The notes under the pieces: model-generated
The model's database searches: none
What the model saw: only the letters and a program-made list of their open reading frames with translations
Told to the model about the DNA's origin: nothing
Position numbers and translations under genes: made by a program
DNA from: Azolla caroliniana
Lineage: Eukaryota > Plantae > Polypodiophyta
Reading direction: 5' to 3'
Assembly: GCA_043228905.1 (NCBI GenBank)
Contig: JBHGNT010000014.1
Coordinates: forward strand, 13,640,001 to 13,704,000
Length of the DNA: 64,000 nt
In this document: positions 12,664 to 26,069 of the stretch, one piece after another
How the letters are laid out: every line of letters begins with the position of its first letter
How positions within the stretch are numbered: position 1 is the first letter of the stretch

Positions 12664-12950
12664 TTCACCTACACTCAAAACTTATGCAAGGATGCATTGA
12701 TAAATTTGATGAAGTGGTGAATACGATTGCTAGAGAAAATGGATTAGATGCCCCAAAACGTATGCAACAAGTTACCTTATTGCTTTTATATGCAAATGAT
12801 GTGGTTAACTTTTCATATGATGTTGATGGCATGTAATGTTTACTTGGTGCATTACAAGCATTTGGCCAAAGTAGTGGACTAACTATAAATGTGGATAAAA
12901 CAAAAATGATGGTAGTGTGAACCATCCAACCTCATTGACACCTTATGCTT
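12664..12950 (+). mobile_element. LINE reverse transcriptase fragment, part 2
   Basis: SPTL..CIDKFDEVV, LLLYANDVV (YADD box) and INVDKTKMMV continue the motif order of 6330-6798. Confidence 0.8.
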
Positions 12951-13177
12951 ATATATAAATGGGGGATACATGTTTGTCAAAATTTTGTAGCCTTTGTATG
13001 TGGCTATATTCATTTACAAAACTAAAATAATGTTATGCCCTGATTTCATGGGGTTCGTAAAACCACAACAAAACATGATTTGACACAAGTTAGGACAAAA
13101 CACATGCTCATATATCATTATTGAGAGAAAAACTTACAACCGTCCCAAGTTGGGACAAAGCAAAAACCCAAAACTTG

Positions 13178-13242
13178 GAGTTGGGACAAATCGAGACTGA
13201 GTTGGGACGAATCGGGACTGAGTTGGGACGAATCGGGACTGA
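13178..13242. repeat. 3 x 21-bp tandem repeat (GAGTTGGGACGAATCGGGACT) in a probable LTR remnant (~13031-13640)
   Basis: Directly visible; upstream TGTTATGCCC start and a GA tract are LTR-like. Confidence 0.75.
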
Positions 13243-14744
13243 ATCGGGTCAACTTGGGATAACTCCCACGCAAGATAATAGAAAAAGGGAGAGAGAGAGA
13301 GAGAGAAGAGAAAAAAAGCAAGAGTGGAGAGGGGAAGAAGAAGACACGAATTCGTTTTTGTTGCTGTGCTCTCACTTGGCAACAGAATTTGGAACAAAGA
13401 CAAGCATTGGAAGGCCCTCGGTTAGAGCATTGTAAAGAGATATAGTAAGTTTAATTTGGTAGTTTGTACTAGAAGCAGAGATAGAAATTAGGAACTGTGT
13501 GTTGTCGGCATACACATACTCAACACGCATTGGGGGCCTCCTATTATCTTCTTCATCTTTGATCTCTTTAATCCGGTGAGTTTTGGTTTTCTCTCTTGTT
13601 CATGGAAAATTGTTTTTATCCTAGATCGATACCACATCAAGAATAATGGATATAAACATGAATTCCATAGATATTGATCCAATAAAGAGTAATGTGATGG
13701 TTGAATGTAATAGTGAAAGGGAAGAATTTAGAAACTCTAAGAGGTTTAAGGGTATTGAGGAAATTAGTGAGAAGAAATTGACATATGCCGAGGCAATACA
13801 TGTAGGTGTGGTTGACAAGGATTATTGTAATTGGGATAATTTATGTGGAATTACCGATACCTTATGGCGAGAAGGGGAGAATATTTAAATGTTTCACACA
13901 CATCTTATGTGCGTTATGTGAGTAAATGTGTCATGGGTGCCCAAATGCTCGTTTTTCATTTCTTATGTTTGAATAGTGCCACATGATATATACACAAATT
14001 TAGGGAGAAAATAGGAAGAATTACAAGGTGCCAAAAGTTGAATCTTGAGAGCATGCTTCAAGCCATGTGCAACAACCAAACATAGGCACCATGGGCGTCG
14101 ACATTGTGGTTATGCGTAATGACTCTTTGGTCGTGTTCTTGATTCGTAGGGCTTAATGATTAGAGTTTTGTTCTCCTCTGGTTTTTCATTTGGCCTTCTA
14201 GTGTATCTAGAGTAAGACACTGTCACGCTTCCATCTTTGCACATAGTCCAATCTCTAATTATATATTTTTGTCGTGTATGTGTTTGTTTTATAAATGCAT
14301 GGTATAACATTGTCTTTTGATTCGTATCGAATGACATTACTTCTCGAGACACTTGGGACGAACACTGAGAAGCATAGGAACCATGAAACTTATTCTCGAA
14401 AAGGCAAGCTAATGTGAACCCACGAGTTTGAAGAACATAGTAAAGATCCTAATGATTTGTGTGAAAAACATATATATAGAGTTTTACAAATTATGCTTGA
14501 AGACCAAGACTTTGAACAAAATGGGAGAGTACATGTTACTAATCTTAGCCATGGCAATCTACCCAATCAATGTTTCACACATTTTATTCAATTCATTATG
14601 TTGGAAGAAGCCTTATAATTATGGCGGTGTGGCTTCTTCCAGAGTGTTCATGCATCTGATCCTTCTCCTCCTTAATCAGGCTTCCATCTCCGCCGAGACA
14701 GATTAATCAATCCTATTGTGTGTAATCAATCAATTAGCAGTCTA

Positions 14745-17700
14745 ATGGACCCTTACAAGGTACTTACAAAAGCCTATTTTGTCCAAATTAAAGAATTGAT
14801 GTTTAAAAATTTGAGCAAATTATGAAGAGCCCATGTTTCGATTGTGCAAATTACGAAGAAACCATTCTTCAAATTTTAGAATGACCCTTCTCTGAACTGT
14901 GAAGATTGAGAAGATTTTTTTTAAGGAATCCTTCTCTTAGCTGTGAAGATTGACACAAGAGATATATCGTAATTCTGATCATTCGGAAGAGTTCATGTGC
15001 TAATTATGATAATTATACAACGAAAATGGTTTTGCTAATTTTTCCATGTTTGATAATTTATGTTGATGAATGTGGATCGAAACAGTTCCTTCCATCGAGT
15101 TTACATAACTCGCCCTTCTTCACAACTAATGCCGGGGGACCAGTATGGAATGACCACTCCTCTTTGACAATAGGTTCAAGAGGTAAAATATGACTTTCCC
15201 CATATTAATACATGTTACAACAAACAGTAATTGAAATGCATCATGTTAGTGTTTGATTAATGTTAGATCTGAGAACCGTATTTAATCTCTTGGTGATTGA
15301 TAATTGCATTTTGAAATAGGAAATTTTGACCAACCTGCTGATGAGAACCTTCCATTTTTCGTGTTGTGTCGGATCATGTGTTTTATGTTCTTTAGAAACA
15401 TATGATTAAGAGATCTGTTAAATCTCTTAATTATGTTTGTGTTTGATTAATGATAGATCTGAGAACCTTATTTAATCTCTTGGTGATTGATGATATTTCA
15501 TTTTGAATTAGGAATTTTGGACATTCCATTTTTCGTGTCGTGTCGTGTCTCGGATCATGTGTCTTATGCTCTGTATATAAACACATGATAATTTCATGTT
15601 AGTGTTGATTAATGATATCTGAGAACCTTATTTAATCTCATGGTGATTGATGATTGCATTTTGAAATAGGAAATTTGGACCTTCCATTTTTCGTGTCATG
15701 TCGGATCATGTGTCTTATGTTCTTTATATAAACATATGATTAAGAGATATCTGTTTAAATCTTTGCTGGTTTATGTAATATGCGATAGGACCTGTGCTCC
15801 TCGAAGACTACCATTTGATCGAGAAGCTGGCGCAATTCGATCGGGAGCGGATCCCCGAGCGCGTGGTTCACGCCCGAGGTGCGAGTGCCAAGGGCTTCTT
15901 CGAGGTCACACACGACATCACGCATCTCACATGCGCCGATTTCTTGCGTGCGCCTGGCGTGCAGACGCCTCTCATCGTAAGGTTCTCGACGGTCATTAAC
16001 GAGAGAGGAAGCCCGGAGACCTTGAGAGATCCACGGGGTTTCGCGGTCAAATTTTATACGCGGGAGGTACATAATAATTAGCGGTTATTATTAGCGATAA
16101 TGTACTACCTTTACTACATTGTTGTAGAATACTTACCATGCAATATTAAGTATTTTACAAATTTTCGTAGAATACTTAGTACAATTTGTTAAATATTTCT
16201 TAAAATTTAAAGTTTGTTTTCAAAAACAAAAAGAATTTAAATTCTGAAACATTTTTGAAATGATAAATACTTGTTAAATAGATAGAATACATCAAATTTT
16301 TAGATTATGTAGAATACGTGATAATTTGAAAAATGGTGGTTCTAAAATGTAGAATACTTCAGAGTATCCTAAAATGTATTCTAAGCGTAGAACAACAGTT
16401 TTTTAAGAACTATGCATTAGTATTCAATAGTAGGTGTTTAATGTTGATTACATTTTTCTCGATACATACCTAAGATTAGCAGCCTGGCTAATTGTTGTTG
16501 TAGGGGAACTTCGATTTGGTGGGCAACAATTTCCCGGTCTTCTTCATCCGAGATGGAATCAAATTCCCCGACACAATTCATGCCTTGAAGCCGAACCCGA
16601 AAACGCACATTCAAGAGAAATGGCGTGCCATGGACTTCTTTTCTCATCATCCGGAGAGTCTTAACATGTTCACCTTCCTATTTGATGACCTCGGCATTCC
16701 CTTGAATTATAGGCACATGGATGGGTCGGGAGTGAATACATATAGCTTGATTAACAAGGAAGGGAAAGCCATCTATGTGAAGTTCCATTGGAGACCGACG
16801 TGTGGTGTGAAATGCCTCATCGGACAAGAGGCCGTGATTGTCGGAGGAACGAATCATAGTCATGCCACGAAGGATCTCTATGATTCCATCGCATCCGGTA
16901 ACTATCCGGAGTGGAAGCTATTCATCCAGACCATGGATCCTGCAGATGAGGATAAATTCGATTTCGACCCCCTCGATGTGACTAGAACATGGCCCGAAGA
17001 TATCTTGCCGCTTCAACCCGTCGGTCGCATGGTACTCAACAAGAACATTGACAATTTCTTCGCTGAGAATGAAATGCTCGCCTTTTGTCCGGCGTTGGTT
17101 GTCCCCGGTGTTTCCTATACTGATGATAAGCTACTCCAAACCCGCATTTTCTCTTATGCAGACACTCAAAGGCATAGACTAGGCCCTAACTACCTCCTCT
17201 TGCCTGTCAATGCACCGAAGTGTGCACATCATAACAATCATCACGATGGATTCATGAATATCACGCATCGAGATGAAGAGGTTGGTACAAATAACAGTTA
17301 CTTAATTGGGATGTGCGCACGAACTATATTGACGTAATATCTCTATCTCGTTCTTTATGCATGTAGGTAAACTATTTCCCATCGAGATTTGATCCAGTTC
17401 GACATTCACAAAGGCCTCCTATGATCTCAAGTGAATTGATTGGTCGTCGTCAAAAGGTATTGCTTTTGATTTGGAAGTTGATTGATTATACTAGCGTGAA
17501 CTTCAAGAAAGATTGATTTTGGTTGTTTTTTCCTTTGAAAGGGAAAGGAAATCCCCTTAACATAATATTGTGTTTAATTAGTCACTTGCAACCTTCAAGG
17601 GGAGCCTACAATCATGTCAAACACAAAGCTCAATGTTGATTTTCATGCATGAATTTTGATTACATTTTAAGTGTTTTGTCGCAGGTGATCATTCAAAAGG

Positions 17701-18081
17701 AGAATAACTTTGTTGAGCCTGGGAGAAGATATAGATCATGGGCTCCTGAAAGGTAGTCAAGCAATCAAAATATGTGCTTATGTAATGTTCAAACATTTAC
17801 CTATGCTTAACAAAGAATTTGATCCTTCGCATAGGCAAAACCGCTTTGTGAATGTGTGGGTGGAAGCCCTCTTAGATCCACGTGTCACCCATGAAATCCG
17901 AAATATTTGGATTTCTTATTTGAGTCAAGTGAGCATAATCACCTCTTTACAAACGCATACTTTGTTAATTGCGTTAAGACATAATTTGATTCCATTTTCT
18001 TGATTATTTATTTGTAAACAGGCAGATAAATCCTTAGGGCAAAAGGTTACGACATGCTTAACATCTAAGTCGAACATGTGA
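14745..18081 (+). CDS. CAT: Catalase (monofunctional heme catalase), 492 aa, 8 exons
   Basis: Exons 14745-14759, 15086-15182, 15789-16066, 16504-17280, 17367-17456, 17685-17752, 17835-17928, 18022-18081 (15/97/278/777/90/68/94/60 bp = 1479), all GT-AG; MDPYK start, [17 protein letters not shown] active site, RIFSYADTQ heme ligand. Confidence 0.98.
15242..15762. repeat. Three imperfect ~160-190-bp tandem copies in catalase intron 2
   Basis: gattaatg..atctgagaacc..tttaatctc..ggtgattga..ttccatttttcgtg..tcggatcatgtg recurs three times. Confidence 0.9.
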
Positions 18082-18462
18082 AGAAGCTAAAAGGAACGTG
18101 TCTACAAAGTTGAAAATGTGAGGATAAACAAAGGACTAGGTAGAAGATTTTGTTATGCTTTGTTTTTCTTGAATTTTCATGATGTTTGATATAGCACAAT
18201 GTAAGTGAATAGTAGTGGAACTTGGGCTTGGTAGTGATTTTGTAAATGGGACTTAAGTTTGGTGGTTGTTTTTGTAAATGGTTATGAGCATAATATATGT
18301 CCTTAGATTGGGCATAATGAACTTGCAATTTTGGCCTATTTATAGATTCTCATTAATTATCGGGCGACTTGGGCTTGATTATTGTTTTGTAAATGAGCAT
18401 AGGGAGCATATATTCATGTATAGCTTGGGCTTGATTGTGCTTGTAAATGAGCATGGAGAGAA

Positions 18463-18895
18463 ATTGTTTGTAAGAACTTTGTTAAAATGGAAATATAGTG
18501 AGCCGTCCATATCTGAGAAGCAAAGGTATTTGGAAGCATATTTTGTTTAATGTTTGCATTGCATTTACATGTATTATTTTGAAGAATATTTTGATGAACA
18601 TGTTAATTTTTGAGACATTGGAAACTTTAATTGAGGTTTTGGTATCCTTATCATAACACAACATTGTTTTTGGAAATGAGCATGGTGATATTGTTTGTAA
18701 GAACTTTGTTTGTTAAAATGGAGATATAATGAGCCTTCCTTATCTGAGAAGGAAAGATATTTGGAAGCATATTTTGTTTCATGTTTGCATTGCATTTACA
18801 TGTATTATTTTGAAGCATATTTTGATGGACACGTTAATTTTTGAGACATTGGAAACTTCAATTGAGGTTTTGTTGGTATCCTTATCACAACACAA
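18463..18895. repeat. ~230-bp tandem duplication downstream of catalase
   Basis: ttgtttgtaagaactttgtt...ttggtatccttatca occurs twice, with a partial third copy near 18945-18995. Confidence 0.85.
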
Positions 18896-19875
18896 AACAA
18901 AGATTAATTCTTTGTTTCAAGTAAGATATGTTAATGTACCAATTGAAATTTTGGTGACATATTAGAAACTTCTAATGAGATTTTGGTATCCTTTTCTCGA
19001 AGGAAGGATGAATTCTTTATTTTTGTGCACTGGCAAGTTCTTATGTGGAAGCTTCATGATCTACTTCAAATGTCCTAACTTTGTTTAGAATCAAAATTAT
19101 TGTGTTAATTTGTTAATGAACTTTTGACTACTTGCATCCATTTATTGGATGAGTGAACATTGTCTTAAGTCCTTGATGGAAAGGGATATACCAAAAGAAG
19201 TGTCATACCTAAGATGCGAGAAGTGTTTGTAAAATCTTTATTTCTTAAATGGATATATATTGAGCATTGTCTAGGTACATGAGGAGATTGAGATCGTAAT
19301 TGAAATTTTAGTGAGTTATATTAGAGATTTTGGGAAGGTTTTGGTATACTTTTCACAAGAGAAGGGATGTGTACTTAATTCTTTATTTCGATGCACTGAG
19401 GAAAGCGTATAACATGGAAGCTTTATCTACTACCATGTCGTCCGTGAAGAATCAAAATTATAATTGTGTGGATTTGATTAAACATATGTTCATTCACATC
19501 CATGTATCGGATGAGTGAGCGTGATCTTAGTATATACCCCATAATTAAGTGAGTGAATGTGGAGGTGAGAGTTCTCCACATTCACTTTCAATGATTTGAT
19601 ATTTGGCATGTGTAAATATAGATTTGCATGTGATAATGGTCGGTCATTCTCTAAATAAAATGCAATTACAATTAAGTAACAAAATCTAATTCCTATTCTT
19701 CAAAAAATTTCTTTATTCCTCATGTGCCTAGAGCTTGTGGGCTTTGCCTTTTTTTCTTGCGATTCAAGGTAGTGAACTTCCTTGGTAGCTCTCTAACTTT
19801 CCCCTATCTATGAGAATCACATTTTTGTGTGGGCTATATCTAGTAGAAGGTTGTCTGTCTTTTAGACCTTCCAAC

Positions 19876-20429
19876 CCCATCTTCTTGAAGTGGAACACTA
19901 TTGGAATGTCATCAATTTGGTCACATGGGATATGATGTTCATCACTTTGCTCATATTATCAGCTCCATAATTAACAAATCATCAACTAAATCATCTTGCT
20001 TCGGTTTTCTTCCTTTGGTCACGTACACGTACTACGTAGTGGCACTACGGTAGGGGATAGCCCATCTTCTTGAAGTGGAACACTATTGGAATGTCATCAA
20101 TTTGGTCACATGGGATATGATGTTCATCACTTTGCTCATATTATCAGCTCCATAATTAACAAATCATCAACTAAATCATCTTGCTTGGGTTTTCTTCCTT
20201 TGGTCACGTACACGTACTACGTAGTGGCACTACGGTAGGGGATAGCCCATCTTCTTGAAGTGGAACACTATTGGAATGTCATCAATTTGGTCACATGGGA
20301 TATGATGTTCATCACTTTGCTCATATTATCAGCTCCATAATTAACAAATCATCAACTAAATCATCTTGCTTGGGTTTTCTTCCTTTGGTCACGTACACGT
20401 ACTACGTAGTGGCACTACGGTAGGGGATA
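19876..20429. repeat. 3 x 185-bp near-perfect tandem repeat
   Basis: Units start at 19876, 20061 and 20246; only about one internal substitution seen. Confidence 0.97.
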
Positions 20430-20501
20430 ACCGGATTTGTCGTTAGCGTCTCGAACACAATCACGGAGTCGGGTGGGATTAATGGATGTACTAAACCACA
20501 C

Positions 20502-20783
20502 GTTCTAATACCATGTTAATAATTAGGTAATTAATTAGGGTTAATTAGGGTCTAATTATGTGAGTATTGATAAAGCAACGGAAGATTATGCCATTTGTGT
20601 GTGTGTGTGTGACAAAGAGGAAGATACAATGAACAATAATATAAATGGGGGATAATTAACAAGAGTGTAGCTAAAGACCTTTCTCTATATTAATAAGCAT
20701 CAAAATAAAACGATATCCTCAATGAGGTATGTAAACGAGGTTGCAGCTTCCAGGCCAAATAAAACGATATCCTCAATGAGGTA
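20502..20783 (-). mobile_element. Copia PBS (decayed Met-i) plus left part of an LTR whose remainder lies at 49169-49399
   Basis: GTTCTAATACCA-TGTT at 20502-20517; interrupted at TSD AGGTA (20779-20783 / 49164-49168). Confidence 0.7.
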
Positions 20784-22135
20784 TGTAAACGAAGTTGCAG
20801 CTTCTAGGTCGTGGTGCTTGCGGCGAAGAACTTTTTCGAGTTTCCCAAAGCCTCCTTTGGCATCTTGGCGTCTCGGATATGGCTGAGCAGTTGATCACCG
20901 ACACTAAACGCAAAACAATACATTACCCTACTTGTCGCTTGTTCGCAAGACGGAAAGTCCTGTGTGATGCATCAAGTGTCGTATCGTTAGATCCGCCGAC
21001 ATAACTCTAATAGCCATGGTCGAGCATATACTGGTGCAACTTGTATGACCAAGATGCATAGTTGGATCTGTCGAGCTTCTCTGTCGGGAGCGAGATCGTC
21101 ATTCCTCGGTCCATTCTCTCGTTCCTGTTCTTTACCGAGTGTTAGGATTTGTCTGTGAGCATCACTCGTTGGCAGCAGAGGGATCTGAACCCTCGCGGTC
21201 TGATTCCATGTAAATGAAAGCGTGTGGAAGCTAAGACAAAACTGGCTAGTCCAGATAACAACAGAACACAGAACAGAGGTTTAATGGAAAGCTTGAATAT
21301 ACGGGAGAGACAAAGAGAGTAGAACAGTAAACTCAATTCAAAATAATATCACTTTGTGCATACATAGTCCTACATAACACTCAATTTAAAAGCACTTACA
21401 AAAGTACTGACAAGTACTTCAATGCTCACACAAGCGATTGACACTAACTCCAAGGAATATGCATACCTACTAGGCTCGGACCGTAGGCTCTAACGGCTTA
21501 CCGATTCTCACTATTCCAGGGTATGATCCGGTTCTCCGGTGTCGTGGGGAAAACCAGCGACAAGAAGTAACGGAGAACAAAGGCGTGTGAACCTTAGTGT
21601 GCATGGATGCACGCTAATTATAAACTATGCTTGTAAATAACCTAGGACTAGGCTGGGGGGGGGGGGGGGGGGGTCCTATAAAAGGAGGGAGAGAGGAATG
21701 AGTTGGGGGAGGGGGGATTTAGGAGAACGAAGTGCTGCCGGACTGGGAACCGGGCGTTGTTCTCTGTTCATTCTCTGCAGGAGTTCTTTACCGGACGCCT
21801 CTCTTCGTGCAGGAAGCCCGTGTGCTCCCGATAGAGGCTACATTGTATCTCGGAGTTGGGGTGTGTGCGTTGTTGGCTGAGTCGTGGCTCGGCTACCGGC
21901 GTGCCAATTGTAACATGTTTTTCTTAATTGGTTTTGGTCCCCTTTTCCCTTCTAATTATCTCTCGCGTTGCTCTAGTTTCGTTCGAGCCGTACGAGCTCT
22001 GTGTTCGCGGCACCCAACGTTTTGCACGACAAGCGCTCGTTGTTTCTCTCCCTCTTCTTCTCACACTCTTTGGTCCAGGACCCCTACGGCGCCGCCATCG
22101 TTTCTCACGCATACGCGTATTGACGCGACATAAAG

Positions 22136-22153
22136 TGGTGAACCCGACGTGAA
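22136..22153 (+). promoter_or_regulatory. Primer-binding site complementary to the tRNA-Trp 3' end
   Basis: TGGTGAACCCGACGTGAA is the reverse complement of plant tRNA-Trp ...TTCACGTCGGGTTCACCA; identical copy at 32812-32829. Confidence 0.9.
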
Positions 22154-25084
22154 GTAGACGGCAGAGGAGTGTGAAGATGAGAGGAACTGAACTCGCCGAA
22201 GCCATGGCGGCAGCTGTAGACCGACTGGTGAATGCTTGTGAGGGTACATGTACCCTCAACTAGGCCATTGAAACGATCGTCGGTACAATAGGCCGGTTTG
22301 AACGTAAGAACGCGATGAGCTATCTCGAGGCCTACCGGGCCGAAATGATAATGAGGGACATTCTGGATAACAAACGATTGTCTAGATTCCCTCAGGTGGT
22401 GATGCCGAGCATCCACGCGGAGGTGCTTGAAATGTAGGCCAGTTGCCAGACTTGGGGGGAGTTCGAAGGGCGGCTCCTCGAGAGGTACGGGTTCGAGGAC
22501 TCGCTTCAGTTATCGAAACAGGAATTTATGGAATGGGTCGAAAGCCCCAGAAAGGGGAGGAACACATTGGTGCTCCTCCAAGAGTTCAAAAACTGTTTGC
22601 TCGTCTCTCGGTGTTGGACAGGATCATGCTCGACACGAGCCGTGTCATGTTGTTCATCAAGTCCGTGGATGCGCAAGATTGGGAGAAGGTGGGTCCCCTA
22701 TTGGAGACGGAAGATGAGCTCACAACCACTGGGCCATGGTAAAAAGGGTCTACAGCCGTTTCGACAAACGGTATGAGTGGAGAGAAGAGGGCCCGCCGGC
22801 AGCAGGACCGGCGGCGGCAAGCCATTTGAGGAGCCGTTGCTGGCACGAAAAGAAGAGACTCGAAGTTGTCTTGAGTTCGGCACGGCCCCGACCGGTGTGG
22901 TTAAAGGCCCATCCGGGGGAGTGGCCCTAGAAGATCTAACGCAGATGGTACGCGATCTCCAGATCGCACATGCCAGGAGAGATAGTGGAGAACAGACACG
23001 CGACCGGAGACCCCCGTTCGGACAACGATGCATGTGGTGCGACGCAGTCGGCCACAATAGAAGAGATTGTGCAGAGTTTACGGACGCACTTAGGAGCAAT
23101 GTAGTGTACCTTTAGAATGGGCAGGTGCATGAGAGCGAAACCCGGAAAGTCCTGGGCGCGCCAGAATGAAACGGTTGATGGAAGAAGCCGCGGTGCGGCA
23201 CACCGAAACCATCCACTATTCGGCGTCAGCTGGGATCCGGGTCAGAAGGGATGGCGGCCAGAAGACGAACGAATCCAGATTCTGACCATCGGTGCTACAA
23301 GGCCTCTCTAGAGTGCGACTAAGGAAGGAGGATGCGGACCGCAGGGAGAAGCGGGTCCGGGAGGTCACGGGATGGGACGATCCGATTGAGACGAGGACCG
23401 GTTTCGTGGAGGGCACATGCCAGAACTACGAAGTTCTGGTGGAAGATAAGTGAGCGGGAAAGGGTGGAGGGGCCGGACCCTCTGGCCGGTACAAGACGCG
23501 TAGCGTACCGAAGAGAAATGATGATGGCGGTCCCGGCTCGCAGGAAAGGTAAAATAAGCAGGTTACAGGCTAAGCACAAAAATAGAAGACGGACTTGCAG
23601 AAGTTCCTCGAGGAATGGATCTTCGACAGCAAGGTAGAGTTGTCGTTGAGGGAAGTGCTCGGAATCGCCAAGGAGTTCCACGATTCCATCGTGGACTTAG
23701 TGCAGCGTAAAAGGCTCACGACGGAGCTGGAGCCGGAGAAGCCTGTGGAAGTGCGGACGACGCACTTAGATGATGCGGCCTTGGAGGACGAGTTGGCGGA
23801 GAGCCACTATTTGAAGTTGCATTGGGCAAGGGCTACTACAAAGACCCCCGTCCGGATCAGGGATGTCTAGGAGCCGGTGGTGGCGTTGATAGACCACGGT
23901 TCTGAGATAAACCTGATGGTAATGGACTTCTACAGAGAGGGGAAATGACCGATCAACACCAAGCACGGATGGAAGATATGGGCGGCCACACGCGCTACAG
24001 AGGAACTACACGGAGCATGCCCGAACATGCGCATTAAAATTGGAGACGTCCAGATAGATCAACACTTCTTCGTGATACTCGGTGAACCATACATTACGGC
24101 GGCCCGCATGGAGACCAAGGTGTTGGATAATGGTTCGGCGTACGCACGGGTGAAGAGCCAGGACGGGCGTCACTCCGTCCAATTTTTGACAGTATGACCA
24201 AACCACGAGAGCAACCATGAGACCTGTGGCAGTGATGGTTGAGAGGATTTTTAGAGAGGGCTATCAAGGCGTGGGGCCGCGATAGTCCGAACACCACGGA
24301 GAAACCCCACACATGTACCATAGGTAGGACATTTTGGTTCTCCGACAGTGGGGGTTGTACGATAGCCAACGTTGATGGCCGGGAAAAGAAGAGGGTCGAG
24401 GAGCATCTTAGGGTGTGTTGTGTTGGGATTACGGTCCCTCCGGATGGGATGGTCAGATGTCCGGGAATCGGGAATGAAGACCCGAATGAGGAGTACCCGG
24501 TATCAGAGCCGGATGATGAAGACCCGGTTTCAGATCCGGATGATGAAGACCCCGGCTACGGAGCCGGATGACGAATGTACCCGGAGAGAGATCCGGATGC
24601 GGGGACATATTTGTGAATATGTTTGCCAAGGGCCCTCTAGGCTATATTTGTAAATAGCCCGAAAGTCATATGTGTATAAATATGACTTAGGGCAAACAGT
24701 TTTGTTGTTGTTGCTCATTTTTCTGTTTTCACTTGGAGAGAGCGAAGTGAGAGCAGCCGAGAGAGAGAGTGAGAGAGAGAGAAAGAAAGAGGTCGACGCC
24801 TCTGTGTAATACTGCCGCCTGTGGTGAGGACAGCGAGCTCAAGGTCGTCGCCTTGCAGCTCGCCATTGTACATTCCCTGCGTATAGTGATAGTTGGAGTC
24901 TTGCACTCCCGTGGTTTTTCCCGTCTAGGGTTTTCCACGCTAAACCCTGTGCATTCGAGTCTCTCTCTGTGTTTTCGATTTACTGCTGCATTGACTCGTG
25001 TGTCCTCGGTTGTGGCCGAGAGGTGAAGGTTTTGGAAGCGTCGATTCCTAACAATCTGGTATCAGAGCGACTGCAGTGCAGAAA

Positions 25085-26033
25085 ATGGAAGGCGGCAGCA
25101 GCGGGCAGCCGGGGATGATGGTGCTGAATGCGCAGAACTACGCCGACTGGAAGATAAAGATGGAGGATCTGCTCATTGTTCGGGACCTGTATGAACCGAT
25201 CGACAGGTCGGAAATACCCAAGGGGGTACTTGAGACGGAATGGAGGCTTCTGAACCGGAAAGCCGTTGCAACCATTCGGCAATACGTCGACGTGAGCGTT
25301 CTACAACATGTGGCGAACGACACCAACGCATATGAGATGTGGCAGAAGCTGTCGGGCCTCTACGAGAGGAAGAATGCGTTGAACCGAACCTCCCTGATGA
25401 GGAAGATAGTGAACCTCAAGTACCGGGACGGCGAGAGTATGGTGGAACACGTAAGCACGTTCATGGGATTCGTGAACCAGCTTGCGGCGATCAAGTTCCC
25501 GTTGGAGGATGCAATGCAAGCCATTAGGGATCGGCAACGGCTCGGCTCAAGCCTAAACCGTTTGGCTTAGCCGGCTTGAAAACGGCTTAGCGGCTTAGCG
25601 GCTCGGCTCGGCTCGGTTTAGGCTTGAACTTGCCTTAACGGTTTGAGCTCGGCTCGGCTTGGCTTGAGCCTTGCCAAACCGGCTCAAGCCGGCTAAGCCG
25701 GATAAACCGTTTAAGCCGTTTATAAACTTTAGAGAGGGGGAGAGAGACAACAGACAAGGGGAAAGAGAGAGAGAGAGTAAGGGAGGGAGAACTACATAGA
25801 CGAGGAGAGAGAGACAGAGGGAGGGAGACAACATATAAGGAGAGAGAGAGAGAGACTACACAAACGAGGAGAGAGAGAGAGAGGGAGGGAGACAACATAT
25901 AAGGAGAGAGAGAGAGAGAGACTACACAAACGAGGAGAGAGAGAGAGAGGGAGGGAGACAACATATAAGGAGAGAGAGAGAGAGAGACTACACAAACGAG
26001 GAGAGAGAGAGAGAGGGAGGGAGACAACATATA

Positions 26034-26069
<36 letters not shown>

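Noticed and set aside
13178-13242. Short direct repeats as a CRISPR array (also the 54-bp repeats at 58745-58960)
   Set aside because: Head-to-tail with no unique spacers, no cas genes, eukaryotic LTR context
13646-13888. 80-aa ORF as a host gene
   Set aside because: No recognisable motif; lies after an LTR-like remnant
16516-17337. 273-aa ORF as a standalone catalase
   Set aside because: It is exon 4 plus intron read-through
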